Assembly: GCA_965113315.1 (NCBI GenBank) | Contig: OZ220363.1 | Length of the DNA: 64,000 nt | DNA from: Podarcis vaucheri | Taxonomy: Eukaryota | Reading direction: 5' to 3' (one strand) | Shown here: positions 14,701-29,700 of the stretch, piece by piece | How positions within the stretch are numbered: position 1 is the stretch's first letter | Layout: each line of letters opens with the position of its first letter | Made by a program: the position numbers and the translations under genes | The notes under the pieces: generated by a model | Database searches by the model: none | The model's input: the letters and a program-made list of their open reading frames with translations, nothing else | Told to the model about the DNA's origin: nothing

Positions 14701-17700
14701 GAACGAAATAGCATATTGTGGCAGAAAGTCAATTTGTCACCAATATCTAATAGAGAATACAGAATTACTGGATTAATGGATGGTTTGGACTACCAGTTCC
14801 GTGTATATGCAGAGAACTCTGCTGGATTAAGCTCCGCTAGTGACCCAAGCAAATTTGCCTTGGCCGTTTCCCCAGTAGGTAAGTGACTGATCACTGAATA
14901 TAATGCACCTGTCTCAACACGCTGTTGGAATTTATGCTGAATTATATTACTATTAATGCACCTGTGTTTCTTTCAGATCCACCTGGCACCCCTGATTACA
15001 TTGATGTGACTAGGGAGACTATTACTCTGAAGTGGACAGCACCTCTGCGTGATGGAGGCAGCAAGATTGTGGGCTACAGTATTGAGAAACGTCAAGGAAG
15101 TGGTGATCGCTGGGTCAGATGCAATTTTATTGATGTCAGTGAATGCCAGTATACAGCTACAGGACTTAGCCCCGGCGATCGGTATGAATTCAGAATACTT
15201 GCAAGAAACGCTGTTGGAACGATCAGCCCTCCTTCTCAGTCTTCGGGCTATATCATGACCAGAGATGAAGCCGGTAAGCCTTATTTATAAGCATGTTACG
15301 TGTAAGCTCTCCTAAAGTTTATGGGCCACAGCACTTTATTTACAGCCAATGGCTGTATTACTGAATGACTTTGAATTCTGGTGACTATCTCACTATCTGC
15401 TAAGCAACTGATTAACACTGTCCATTGCTACTAACACTGTAAATCAGGAGTAGGCAACCTTTTCCATCCAAAGCACACAGTCCCTCATGGATAATCTTCA
15501 TGGGGACACATGCTTGGTGTGGACAGCAGAGGCAAAAATGGACAGAGCAGTGGATGTGGCTCTTACTTTTTTTCAGTAGGCTACATTCCAGACATGCAAA
15601 AATAAGAGGCTTCTACTTTTCTCTCTCTCCCTCTCTTATGTCTCTCAGTAGGAAAATGACTGTGTGTGTGTTTGTGTGTGTGTGTATCTTTGTATTAATG
15701 TAACATTTTCATATACAGCTGTGTATTTTTGTAATATTTTGTTTAAGTTGTCTGTTTTTGCTTCAGTTTTCTGTACAGCATTTTGTGTTATTTTTAATAT
15801 AGTAAGTGATGTACAAATTAGTTAATCAATCAGTCCTCGACGTAGCCAAGCAAGGGGTATCATCACTCTTCAGAGACACATTCCAGTCATGCAAAAGCAC
15901 TTGAGCAGACTTCCTCATCCTCAGCCCTCCAGATGTTTTGAGACTACAATTCCCATCATCCCTGATCACTGATCCTGCTAACTAGGGATCATGGGAGTTG
16001 TAGGCCAAAAATATCTGGAGGGCTGAGGTTGAGGAAGCCTGCACTTGAGGAATGTGTGAAGCTGCCTCAGAGAGGGTTATGACTTGAGGAGAGTGGGGAT
16101 GACTGACTAGGGAAAATCCTGAGGGCTAACTGGAAAGCTTGGGCTTCCTCATCCCTGCTGCAAAAGATCATAAACATGAACTGAGTGACTCAATTTAAAA
16201 AAACACACACAAACTGATATTATGTGGAAGACTGGCATATACATACTGATAGTTTTGTATTTAATATTAAGTGACACTCTGACATAAAATAACTAGTATA
16301 GCTCTTTATATTGTTCTGTAAGAAAATACATTGCTGACCATTAAGTGAACATTATTTTACTTCTTTTTATTCTTTAGTTGCGCCAAATATTGAGTTCGGT
16401 GCCGAACATTTCGAAGGTCTTACAGTGAAAGCTGGGGAAACCATAAGGTTTAAAGTTTTCATCACAGGCCGGCCAGTTCCTCAGGTGATGTGGTATAAAG
16501 ATGGGCAAGAGATTGACAAGAGGCTGAATATGGAAATAAACAATGCCATTGGCTATAGCACCTTGTTTGTTAGAGATGCTTCCCGGGAACATCGTGGAGT
16601 ATACAGGATAGAAGCCAAGAATGCATCGGGCACCAGACAGGCAGACATAACCATAAGAGTACACGGTAACTTTCCTTATATGAAATTGAGCAACTTTTAT
16701 TTAGCGTTCTGTTCATTCTATATTAAAATAAGAACAGATAAGAATAACTGATAATTGACTGTTACAGATACCCCAGGAAAAGTCGGTGGGCCAATACGAT
16801 TCACCAATGTTACTGAAGAGAAGGCGTCGTTATGGTGGGAGGCGCCTGCTAACGATGGCTGTGCAGCCATTACTCATTACGTGATTGAAAAGCGTGAGAC
16901 CAGCCGAGTATCCTGGGCATTGATTGAAGACCACTGTGAAACATGCAGCTACACAGCGCACAAATTAATAAAGGGCAATGAATACCAGTTCCGTATCTCA
17001 GCAGCTAACAAGTTTGGTGTCGGCAGGCCACTGGAATCTGATCCAATCGTAGCACAGGCACATTATAGTAAGTTTTACATTAAATTGAGAAATCTTAAAT
17101 TACAGTGTTGGCAACCTTGTTGAGGATGTTATCTGATTGGCTTCTTTTATTTTGCAGCTGTCCCCGAGGCTCCTGGCACGCCAGAACCAAGCAACGTAAC
17201 AGGAAACAGCATTACGCTTACATGGATGAGGCCAGCATCAGATGGTGGAAGTGACATCAACCAATATATCTTGGAGAGGAGAGAAAAGAAAAGTATTCTC
17301 TGGGTTAAAGTGTCCAGCAAGAGGCCCATTTCTGAGACACGGTTCAGAGTCACAGGCCTAACCGAAGGCAATGAATATGAGTTCCATGTCATGGCGGAAA
17401 ATAACGCTGGAGTTGGGCCGCCGAGTGGTGTCTCAAGGCTGATTAAATGCAGGGAGGCGGTTCATCCACCAAGTGCTCCTACTGTTGTCAAAGTGACCGA
17501 CACATCAAAGACCAGTGTCAGCTTGGAATGGACCAGGCCTGTTTTCGATGGAGGCCTGGAAATAATTGGCTACATCATCGAAATGTGCAAAGCAGATTTA
17601 GGAGAATGGCATAAAGTCAATGCTGAGACTTGCATTGCTACCAAGTACACTGTGGTTGATCTAGAACCAAACGAAAACTACAAATTCCGAGTCAGTGCTG

Positions 17701-20700
17701 TAAATGGTGCAGGCAAAGGAGAAAGCTGTGAAGTTTCTGCTTCGGTGCAAACAATAGATAGACTCTCTTCACCAGAACTTGATATTGATGCTAGCTTCAA
17801 GCAGACACATATTGTCAGAGCAGGTGCAACTATCCGTCTGTTTATTGCCTTCAAGGGCAGACCTGTTCCTACTGCTGTATGGTCCAAAGCAGATTCATCT
17901 CTTAGCCTGCGTGCTGACATACATACAACAGACTCATTCAGTACATTAACTGTGGAGAACTGTAACAGAACAGATGCTGGCAAATACATATTGACTGTAG
18001 AAAACAACAGTGGTAAGAAATCTGTTGCCTTCACTGTTAAAGTACTAGACACTCCAGGGCCACCAGGGCCCATTACATTTAAGGATGTGACCAGAGGCTC
18101 TATCACTTTAATGTGGGATGCTCCTATTTTGGATGGAGGTGCTCGCATCCATCATTATGTCGTGGAGAAGCGAGAAGCAAGCCGTCGCAGCTGGCAGGTT
18201 GTCAATGAAAAATGTACTCGTCAAATTGCTAAGGTCACAGATCTTGCAGAAGGTGTGCCCTATTTTTACCGTGTTTCAGCAGAAAATGAATATGGAATAG
18301 GTGAACCTTGTGAATTAACAGAGCCAGTTGTAGCCACAGAAGAGCCTGCTCCACCTAAGAGATTAGATATTGTTGATACTACCAAGTCATCTGCAATACT
18401 AGCCTGGCTGAAACCTGATCATGATGGTGGTAGTCGCATCACTGGATACCTCCTAGAGATGAAACAAAAGGGATCTGACTATTGGCTTGAAGCCGGTCAA
18501 ACTAAACAGCTGACTTTTACAGTTGAAGGTCTTATAGAGAACAATGAATATGAGTTCCGTGTCAAAGCAAGGAATAATGCTGGCTACAGTCAACCAAGAG
18601 AAGCCTTTTCTTCTGTTATTATTAAAGAGCCACAGATTGAGCCAACTGCAGATCTCAGCGGAATAACTAAACAACTTATAACTTGCAAAGCTGGTAGCTC
18701 TTTCACTATTGACATACCAATTAGTGGACGTCCTGTTCCAAAGGTAACATGGAAACTTGAAGAAATGAGACTCAAGGAAACAGACAGAGTGACTATAAAG
18801 ACAACAAAGGAAAGAACCACACTGACTGTTAAGGAGAGCATGAGAGGTGACTCTGGTAAATATTATTTGACACTTGAGAACACAGCTGGCGTGAAAACTT
18901 TCACTGTCACAGTCGTTGTTATTGGAAGACCTGGTCCAGTTACACGCCCCATAGAAGTATCATCTGTGACAGCCGAATCCTGTGTGTTGTCATGGAAGGA
19001 GCCTGAAGATGATGGTGGCACTGGTATTACAAACTATATTGTTGAAAAACGTGAATCTGGTACAACAGCATGGCAACTGGTAAACTCCAGCGTCAAACGT
19101 ACACAGATCAAAGTAACTCACCTCACTAAATATATGGAATACACTTTCCGTGTAAGCTCAGAAAACAGATTTGGTGTCAGCAAGCCAGTAGAATCAGTAC
19201 CGATAGTGGCTGAGCATCCATTTGGTAAGTAATAATTGTTTTAACAGATGTGCATAAATTAATTCCTTTTTTAAAAAAAACCAAAACCAAACAAACACAG
19301 CAGTATTTAACAGTATTTCCCTTTATTTTCTTTCGTTAGTCCCACCAAGCCCACCCACTAGACCCGAAGTCTATTTTGTTTCTGCCAATGCCATGTCCAT
19401 TCGGTGGGAAGAACCGTATCATGATGGCGGCAGCAAAGTTGTTGGATACTGGATTGAAAAGAAAGAACGCAACACAATCCTTTGGGTGAAGGAAAACAAA
19501 TCTCCATGTATTGAATGTAACTACAAAGCTACAGGGCTCGTGGAAGGTCTGGAGTATCAATTCAGAATATATGCATTAAACGCTGCTGGGCTGAGCAAAG
19601 CCAGTGAAGCTTCAAGATCTGTCTTGGCCCAAAATCCTGTTGGTAAGTATAACTGGTAGAGAGAAAGTGTGTGTCCTATGACTATTTAAAGGAACAATGG
19701 AGTGATATTTTTGCATTATGTTCTCTTACAGATCCACCGGGCAGGCCAGAGGTCACAGATGTAACAAGGTCTTCAGTGTCATTAACCTGGTCTCCCCCAC
19801 TTTATGATGGTGGAAGCAAAATTGTTGGCTATATTGTAGAACGCAAACCATACAATGAAGCTGGAGATGGACGCTGGCTGAAATGCAACTATACCATTGT
19901 CTCTGAAAACTCCTTTACCGTGACAGCTCTTAGTGAAGGAGAGGAATATGAATTCCGTGTTTTGGCAAAGAATGCTGCTGGTGTAATTAGCAAGGGTTCT
20001 GAATCTACTGGCCCTGTTGCCTGTAAAGATGAATACTGTAAGAGAAGTTCATGTGGGTTTTAAAATTAGGTCATGAATTGTCCATATTTTAAGCGATCAA
20101 AATACACATTTATTTCTTTTGCTTTTTTTTCATAGCACCGCCTAAAGCTGAACTGGATGCCAAATTGCAAGGAGACGTTGTAACAGTTAGGGCTGGATCT
20201 GACCTGGTTCTTGAGGCATCAATTGGAGGAAAACCAGAACCCAAAGTATTTTGGTCTAAAGGTGACAAAGAACTGGACCCAAGCGAAAAGGTCGCTTTGC
20301 AATACACAAGCAAGCATGCTGTTGCAATCATCAAGTTCTGTGACCGAAGTGATACTGGAAAATACACATTAACTGTTAAAAATGCCAGTGGGACAAAGCA
20401 AGTTGCTGTCCTTGTCAAAGTGCTTGGTGAGTATTTCATATCTGCTAGTTTTCTGTGGCTATTTAACTTCTTTCCTTTAAAGTTTCATTTTGAGATTAAA
20501 GAATTTCTTTCACTGCAGTAATTATCCTTTTACTCTTTGTCAATAGATTCGCCTGGTCCATGCGCTGGCAAAATCACCATAAGCAGAGTTACAGAAGAGA
20601 AGTGTACCTTGGCTTGGCGGATGCCTCAAGAAGATGGAGGGGCAGAAATTACTCATTACATTGTAGAGAGACGCGAGACAAGCAGACTGAACTGGGTTAT

Positions 20701-23700
20701 TGTTGAACCCGAATGCCCAACACTGTCATGTGTAGTAACCAGACTTATAAAGAATAATGAATATATATTCCGTGTAAGAGCTGTCAACAAATATGGACCA
20801 GGTGTTCCACTTGAAACAGAACCCATTATTGCTAGAAATTCATTCAGTAAGTACTTCTCTAGCCTTGTGAAGTCTTTCCCCTTTGGGGGGAGGCACAAAG
20901 TAAGTTGTGTTACACACAATAAATGTGAAATACCTAATTATTTTCCTGCCTTTAATAAATATTTACAGCTATCCCATCACCACCTGGTGTTCCTGAATCA
21001 GTGGGTGCTGGCAAAGAGCACGTCATTATTCAGTGGCTGAAGCCAGAGTCGGATGGGGGTAACGAGATCAGGACCTATCTTGTAGACAAACGAGAAAAGA
21101 AAAGCCTACGCTGGACCCGCGTTAACAAAGACTACATCATTTATGACACAAGGCTGAAAATTACTGGTCTAATGGAAGGCAGCGAATATCAGTTCCGTGT
21201 CACTGCAGTAAATGCTGCTGGCAACAGCGAGCCCAGCGATGCTTCGCAGTACGTTTTGTGCAAAGACCCATCATGTAAGTTCATTCATTTATATTCATTA
21301 ATATTGTAGATTAAACAATATGAAGACCGCATAGGCCTTGAATCAGGAAGGTCCAGTGGTGCTGTTTGGACCATTCACCACAGCACCAAAGAGAATATAT
21401 TTATTTATTTTTAAGCCATTTTTATGCCACCAGGATGGATGGCCTTAGAATGATAGAATCATAGAACTGTATAGTTGGAAGTGACCCCAAGGGTCATCTA
21501 GTCCATCAGCCTGCAATGCAGGAATCTCAACTAAAGCATACATGAACGTTGGCCATCCAACCTCTGCCTAGAAACCTCCAGTGAAAGAGAGTCCACCACC
21601 TCCCAAGGGAGTCTGTTCCACTACTGAACAGCTCTTACCATCAGAAAGTTATTGCTGATGTTTAGTCAGGACAAATTATTCCAATTGGTTTGGTTCCTAG
21701 CCTCCAGAGTAGGAGAAAATGAGCTTGCTCCATCTTCCCAGTGACAGTCCTTTAGATATTTGAAAATGGCTATCATATCTCCTGTCAACCTGCCCTTGAA
21801 CAGCCTAAACATATGCAACTTTGTCTGCAGCAAGGAAGGTAAGGGCTGAATTTTAAGGGACAAGCTACAAGAGGGAGAAAAAGGAGATAACATGTGAAAG
21901 TTCCTTCAAATAATAATAATAATAATAATTTTTTATTTCTAACCCACCCGTCTGGCTGGGTTTCCCCAGGCACTCTGGGCGGCTTCCAACAGAAGGTTAA
22001 AAATACATTAAAACATCAGTCATTAAAAATTTCCCTATACAGGACTGCCTTCAGATGTCTTATAGTTGTTTATCTCTTTGACATCTGATGGGAGGGCATT
22101 CCACTCCAAAGTGTTTCGTGTACTCCTGAACCTTCTAAGCCCTATTATTCTATTGTATCACTTTCTTGCATACCACAAGCTAAAGAAACAGCAGCACCTT
22201 AAACACATCTGTTCCTTGGGAGCAGGCTGTACTGAAACAGATAGCCAGTGTTAAAATTATATCCCGTTCCAAGTACAGGAGCAGTTCAAAATATATAATC
22301 ATAGCTACTACAGAAGTGTTTAAATGATTATTCATTCAGGTTTTAAGGATCCACTGTAGTAACATGAAGTGTGTATTTTTTTTCCTTTCCAAAGATACTC
22401 CTGCTCCACCTTCACCGCCAAGAGTTGTGGACACTACTAGAACTAGCATAAGCTTGGCTTGGACAAAGCCCATGTATGACGGTGGCGTTGATTTATTAGG
22501 CTATGTCCTTGAAATGAAAGAAGAAGGAACTGAACAATGGTATCGGGCCCATAGCACTGCCACCATAAGAAACACCGAATTCACTGTGACTGGTCTGAAA
22601 ATAAGCCAGAAGTACCGCTTTAGAGTGGCTGCCACAAATGTAAATGGTATGAGTGAATACAGTGAGACCCCTGCTGAAATAGAACCTGTGGAAAGGCTAG
22701 GTAATGTCAAGATCGAGTCTTTGTAAAATATTTGCAAACTTACAAATTGAAAATTTGTTCAGAAATATTCAAATGCAACCTAATCTTTTATTTCTATCCC
22801 CACCTATAGAAATACCAGAACTTGAGCTTGCTGAAGACCTCAAGAAGACTATTACGGTCAGAGCAGGTGGTTCTTTACGTCTAATGGTGTCAGTATCTGG
22901 CAGACCAACACCAATGGTTACATGGAGCAAGAAGGGTGTTGACCTAGCAAGTCGAGGTATCATTGACACCACAGACAGCTACACACTGTTGGTTGTGGAT
23001 AAAGTGAACCGGTACGATGCTGGAAAATACGTCCTTGAGGCTGAAAATCAATCAGGAAAGAAATCTGCCACAATTATGGTTAAAGTCTATGGTAAGTGCA
23101 AATACCGTTGTTTATTGTTACAGCAATACCTTTGCCCATTCCATCACAAATTTAAAGAAATTTGCTAAAAAAAAGAAAAGAAAGAGGGATTTAGTTTGCA
23201 GAGTCTCCAACTTTAATTTGCTTATGCAGAAAAAATACTATGCAGAGTGTAATGCACATAAAATATGACGAAGGTCTATTTTGCCGTTTGTTCCACAGAT
23301 ACCCCTGGACCACCAGGAGCAGTGAAAGTTAAAGAGGTTACAAAAGAGTCTGTGACAATTACTTGGGATATTCCAACTATTGATGGAGGAGCTCCAGTCA
23401 ACAACTATATAATAGAGAAACGTGAGGCTGCCATGCGAGCATTCAAGACAGTAACTACTAAATGCAACAAAACCTTTTACAGAATTTCCGGGCTCATTGA
23501 AGGAGCGCTATACTACTTCCGAGTACTGCCAGAAAATATCTATGGCATTGGTGAACCCTGTGAGACAGCAGATGCAGTGCTGGTGTCAGAAGTTCCAAGT
23601 GCGCCACAGAAACTGGAGGTGGTTGATATAACTAAATCTACTGTATCGCTTGCATGGGAAAAACCACAGCATGATGGTGGCAGCAGATTAACTGGCTATG

Positions 23701-26700
23701 TAATTGAGGCCAGTAAAGCTGGAACAGAAAGGTGGATGAAAGTTGTAACACTGAAACCTACGGTCCTTGAGCACACAATAATTTCATTAAATGAAGGTGA
23801 ACAGTACCTGTTTAGAGTAAGAGCACAAAATCAAAAGGGTGTGTCTGAACCAAGAGAGATAGTCACAGCAGTGACAGTACAAGAACAAAAAGGTAAGAGT
23901 CATAATTACAATGGGGGGGGGGAATGGAATATTATTCAAAGTGCTGAGACATGGTTTAACAAATATTAATAATGTTGGGTTTACTATTATTATTATTTTA
24001 GTTCTACCTGCAATTGACCTTGCTGGAATACCTCAAAAGACCATTCATGTACCAGCTGGCAGACCTATAGAGCTAGCTATCCCAATTTCTGGACGACCAC
24101 CTCCAGCTGTTTCTTGGTTCTTTGCTGGCTCTAAACTACGAGAATCAGACCGGGTCAAAGTTGAAACAGTTGCTAAGGTAGCTAAATTAACCATACGTGA
24201 AACCACAATACATGACACTGGAGAGTACACACTGGAACTGAAGAACACAACTGGAACAGCTACTGAAAGAATAAAAGTTATTATTCTGGGTAAGAATTTG
24301 CTTTGAAAATATAATTGTCCATATTTTTTCTTGCATAATTTCCCCAAATTTAGGTATTTCCTTGTTTAACTATTTCTTTGTTTATATCTCATTTATTTCA
24401 TTTTCACAGACAAACCTGGACCACCTACTGGACCTATTAAAATTGTTGATATTGATTCAACTTTTGTAACCATTTCATGGGAACCACCTGAGATGGATGG
24501 GGGCGCAGCACTAAGTGGATATGTGGTGGAGCAACGAGATGCACATCGTCCAGGATGGTTACCAGTGTCTGAATCTGTAACCCGGACAACATATAAGTTT
24601 TCTAAACTTACTGAGGGTGCTGAATATGTGTTCCGCGTGGCTGCCACAAACCGCTTTGGAATTGGATCATACTTGCAGTCTGAAATTGTAGAATGCAAGA
24701 GCAGAATTAGTAAGTAAATATTCTTTTTTCTAGTCCTCTGCATTTAAAAAATCCAGATCAGTTTACATGGACACATATAGAAGAAACAAGTCTTGATACT
24801 ATGTACCTTCTATTTTCATTTTCCTGAAATAAGAATGAAAGGACTAGTCTACAATACCCTGCTTATTCAGACCAAAATATGATTATAAATGGAATTTTCA
24901 TCTCATTTTAAAAATCTATTTATTGTAGGTGTTCCTGGTCTTCCTGGTACCCCAGAAGTGTTTGATATCTCCCGTGATGGAATGACACTTACTTGGTATC
25001 CACCAGAAGAAGATGGTGGTTCACAGATCACTGGTTATATTGTGGAACGCAAAGAAGTTAAATCAGAGAGATGGGTCCGTGTAAACAAAGTTGCAGTCAC
25101 TATGACACGCTATCGTTCCACTGGGTTGATTGAAGGACTGGAGTATGAACATCGTGTCACAGCTATCAATGCTAGGGGTACTGGCAAACCAAGCCGAATT
25201 TCCAAGCCTGCAGTTGCTAGAGATCCAATTGGTAAATAATTTGCAAAATTCATAACATATACTAGTGACTTCTGTTCAGTCATTTTATTTGTAAAATAGT
25301 TGATGCTAATATTTTGGACTGCCTTTTAAACATGAAAACTATGCCTTTAATATATCTAACACGCTCTAATAATATATTTCAGCTCCTCCGGGTAAACCTC
25401 AGAATCCAAGGGTAACAGATACTACAAGAACATCTATTTCTTTGGCTTGGAGTCCGCCAGAAGATGAAGGCGGGTCTAAAGTCACTGGCTACTTGATTGA
25501 AATGCAAAAGGTTGATCAGTTTGAATGGACCAAATGCAATACCACCCCCACCAAGATCCGTGAATACACTCTAACACATCTTCCACAAGGTGCAGAGTAT
25601 AGATTCCGTGTTATAGCATGCAATCTCGGTGGCCCTGGCGAACCTGCTGATGTTCCTGGAACAGCCAAAGTGACTGAAATGCTTGGTAAGATGCTTTAAT
25701 GAAATACAAATTTTAAAGAACATAGCGCTATTTAGCTTTCTGCATCCATAACATGATCTCTTTTTCCTCCTCCCAGAATTCCCCGATTATGAACTTGATG
25801 AAAAATACCTGGAAGGTGTATTTGTAAGGCAAGGTGGAGTAGTTAAGCTTACAGTGCCAATTAAAGGTAAACCCATTCCAATATGCAAATGGACTAAAGA
25901 GGGACATGATGTCACCAAGAGAGCCATGATTGCGACTTCTGAATCAGATACTGAACTTGTGATAAAAGATGCAGAACGAGAAGATTCTGGTACCTATGAT
26001 TTGACGCTTGAAAACAAATGTGGCAAAAAGGTTGTCTACATCAAGGTCAGAGTGATTGGTATTCCAAATCCACCAGAAGGGCCACTTGAATATGATGACA
26101 TACAAGCACGCTCTGTTAGAGTCAGCTGGAAGCCTCCAAGTGACGATGGTGGCGCAGATATAATAGGATACAATATTGAGAGGCGTGAAGTACCAAAGAC
26201 TGCCTGGTACACCGTGGGCTCCAGAGTAAGGGGTACATCACTGGTAGTGAAAGGACTCAAAGAAAATGTGGAATACCACTTCCGTGTTTATGCTGAAAAC
26301 CAGTTTGGTGTAAGCAAGTCCCTGAAATCTGAAGAGCCAGTTGTGCCAAAGACACCTTTGAGTAAGTATACGGGTTCAGAAAATGCATGTATGTGTGTGC
26401 ATCTCTCACATACTTTATTTTATTTTCCAAGGTGCTCGGGGGAGTGTACATTGTCTGCCCCCTTTTTATCCTGATAATAAGCCTGTGAGGAAGGTTAGGT
26501 TGAGAGAGAATGACTGCCCAAAAGTAACTGAGGTTGCAGTCCTATACAGGCTTATCTGGGAGTAAGTCCTATTAAAGTTAGGGTCACTTAGTTCTGAGTT
26601 GACATGTACAGCACTGTTTAGTGAGTTCATGACTGAACGGACTTGGGACCCCAGCTTTCCATGGTTGTGGTCCAATACTCTTAACTGCTATGCCAGAATG

Positions 26701-29700
26701 ACAAATGGTTATTGTTACATTCTTTTCAACAGATCCTCCGGAGCCTCCAAGTTATCCCCCAGAAATCCTTGATGTCACAAAGAGTTCCATTAGCTTATCT
26801 TGGTCCAGACCTAGAGATGACGGTGGCTCTCGCGTCACTGGCTACTATATTGAACGTAAAGAAACAACTACTGAGAAATGGGTCAGGCACAACAAGACTC
26901 ACATCACAACTACAATGTATACAGTCACAGGGCTGGTTCCAGATGCTGAATATCAGTTCCGTATTGTAGCCCAAAATGACATTGGTGAGGGTGAACCCAG
27001 CCCTGCTTCTGAACCAGTTGTGTGCAAGGATCCATTTGGTATGTAAATGTAACTTCTGTGTTAGAGGGTATCAGTATGGCGGGTGGTTTTTTTTTGAAAA
27101 TACACTTTTTTAAATGAAAATACTTTGAAATTTTGCAGACAAACCAAGCCAGCCTGGAGAAATTGAGATCACGTCCATATCTAAGGATAGCATTACTTTA
27201 GAATGGGAGCGCCCTGAATGCGATGGTGGTAAAGAAATCATCGGATACTGGATTGAATATCGCCAGTCTGGAGAGTCTACCTGGAAAAAGTGCAATAAAG
27301 AACGTAACAAAGACAGGCAGTTTATAATGGGAGGCTTACTGGAAGCTACAGAATATGAATTCAGAGTTTTTGCAGAAAATGAGACTGGACTCAGCAGACC
27401 TCGTAGAACAGCTATGGCAGTAAAGACAAAACTGACATGTACGTTTAACTATTCCATTATATTCCATTAAATATATACATATATTTATGTAGCTGTTGAA
27501 AAGATATGACATGTCACAGTAAACTGTGCTATGGTATAAAGTGGTTTTGAAGTAATTTGGCAATTCCATTATGTAACTAGGACACTCTGCTTTCATATAT
27601 TTACTTTTCTGAATGGACCTCGAGGAAGGAAATAAGCTTTTTCCTACTCCAGGGCTAATAAAATTAATGATTCATTAAATAGGCAGCATAAAAATTATGC
27701 TTGGTACCATAGCATTATGGTTTGGGAGGAAATGTGGAATAAAAGACAATGGGAAAAGCTTTCAATACATTTTTTCTCCCTTTATAAATATAGCTGGAGA
27801 GGCACCAGGAGTAAGACAAGAAATGAAGGATGTTACTACTAATCTGGGTGAATCAGCTCAGTTATCATGCCAGATCCTTGGGAGACCTCTCCCTGATATT
27901 AAATGGTATCGTTTCGGCAAAGAATTGGTACAGAGCAGAAAATACAAGATGTCATCAGATGGGCGCACTCACACACTGACAGTGCTCACAGAAGAGCAGG
28001 AAGACGAAGGAGTTTATACTTGCAAGGCTATCAATGAAGTTGGAGAGGTTGAAAGTAGTGGCAAGCTACTCTTACAAGCTCCTCCACAATTCCACCCAGG
28101 CTTTCCATTGAAAGAGAAATATTGTGCAGGTGTAGGATCCACACTTCGCCTCCATATTGTATACATTGGTCGTCCAGTGCCTGCTATCACTTGGTTCCAT
28201 GGCAAGAAACTATTGAAGAGCTCAGAAAACATTACTATTGAGAACACAGAGCATTATACTCACCTTTCCATTAAAAACGTACAGCATAAAGCCCACGCAG
28301 GACACTACAAAGTACAACTCAGTAACACGTTTGGAACTGTTGATACTGTACTAAACGTGGAAATACAAGGTATGTCTTGGCATTATATTTTCTTGAAATC
28401 ATGGGAAATACTTCTTCTACTTAACTTTAAACACTGCCTTTTCTTTTTGTAGATAAACCCGATATACCAGCAGGGCCAATTGTTATAGAAGCTTTGCTGA
28501 AGAACTCTGTGGTCATCAGCTGGAAGCCACCTGAAGATGATGGAGGTGCTCTAGTAACAAATTATGTTGTAGAGAAAAGAGAAGCAAAAGAAGGCACAGA
28601 GTGGCAGCTGGTTTCTTCAAGCATTTCTGGCACAACCTGCAGAATTGTTAACCTAACTGAGAACGCAGGCTATTATTTCCGTGTCTTTGCTCAGAATGCA
28701 TTCGGCATGAGCGAAGCATTAGAAGTTTCATCTGTTGTTATTATCAAGACTCCATTTGGTAAGTGTGTTCCGTAAGCCACCTTTCTGTTTACCTGCAGTT
28801 CAACGAAGCAAACTGACTTCATGTCCTGAAAATTATTATTTCTTCTTTACAGAAAAGCCAGGCCAACCAAGTCAGCCAGTTGCATCTGCTGTGACAAGTG
28901 AATCCTGTGTTGTTTCTTGGAGGCCACCTGCTAGCGATGGAGGCTCAAAGATCAGAAATTACTTCCTGGAGAAACGTGAAAAGAAACAAAACAAATGGAT
29001 TTCTGTAACCACAGAAGAAATACGCGAAACCGTCTATTCTGTCACAGGTCTTATTGAAGGCCTGGAGTATGAATTCCGTGTAAAATGTGAAAATCTTGGC
29101 GGTGAAAGCGAATGGAGCGAAATTTCACAACCAATCACTCCCAAATCTGATGTAGCAATTCAGGCACCGCATTTCAAGGAAGAAATCAGAAACCTAAATG
29201 TGAAATTCAGAGGTCATGCCACATTTGTTTGCAAAGTCACTGGTCATCCGAAGCCTGTTGTGAAATGGTTCAGGCAGGGCAAAGAGATTTTGGCAGATGG
29301 TGAAAAGGTGAAGATACAAGAATTTAAGGGTGGCTATTACCAACTGGTAATTACAAATGTAACAGATGATGATGCCACTGTATATCAAGTGAGGGCAACC
29401 AACCAGGGAGGATCTGTTTCTGGAACTGCTTCCTTGGATGTTGAAGGTAAGAAATGTGCTTTGATCTTAAATTTAGTTTTTATTTAATTTTTCATTCAGA
29501 GTAAGCTTATGGGCTACAGGGAGTGGGTGGAAACTCTGAGTCTGGAATAGTATTTTCTTAATAGCCTTAAAGTAATTCAGATTGTGGCATGGTCATCTAA
29601 ATATTTATGGTGTAGTCCTAGGTGAAGTGGGAGAGATGCGAGATGTTCTACTGGCTCACTCTGGCTAGGGAAAGAAGAAGAGATGTTTTTCTCCTTTTTT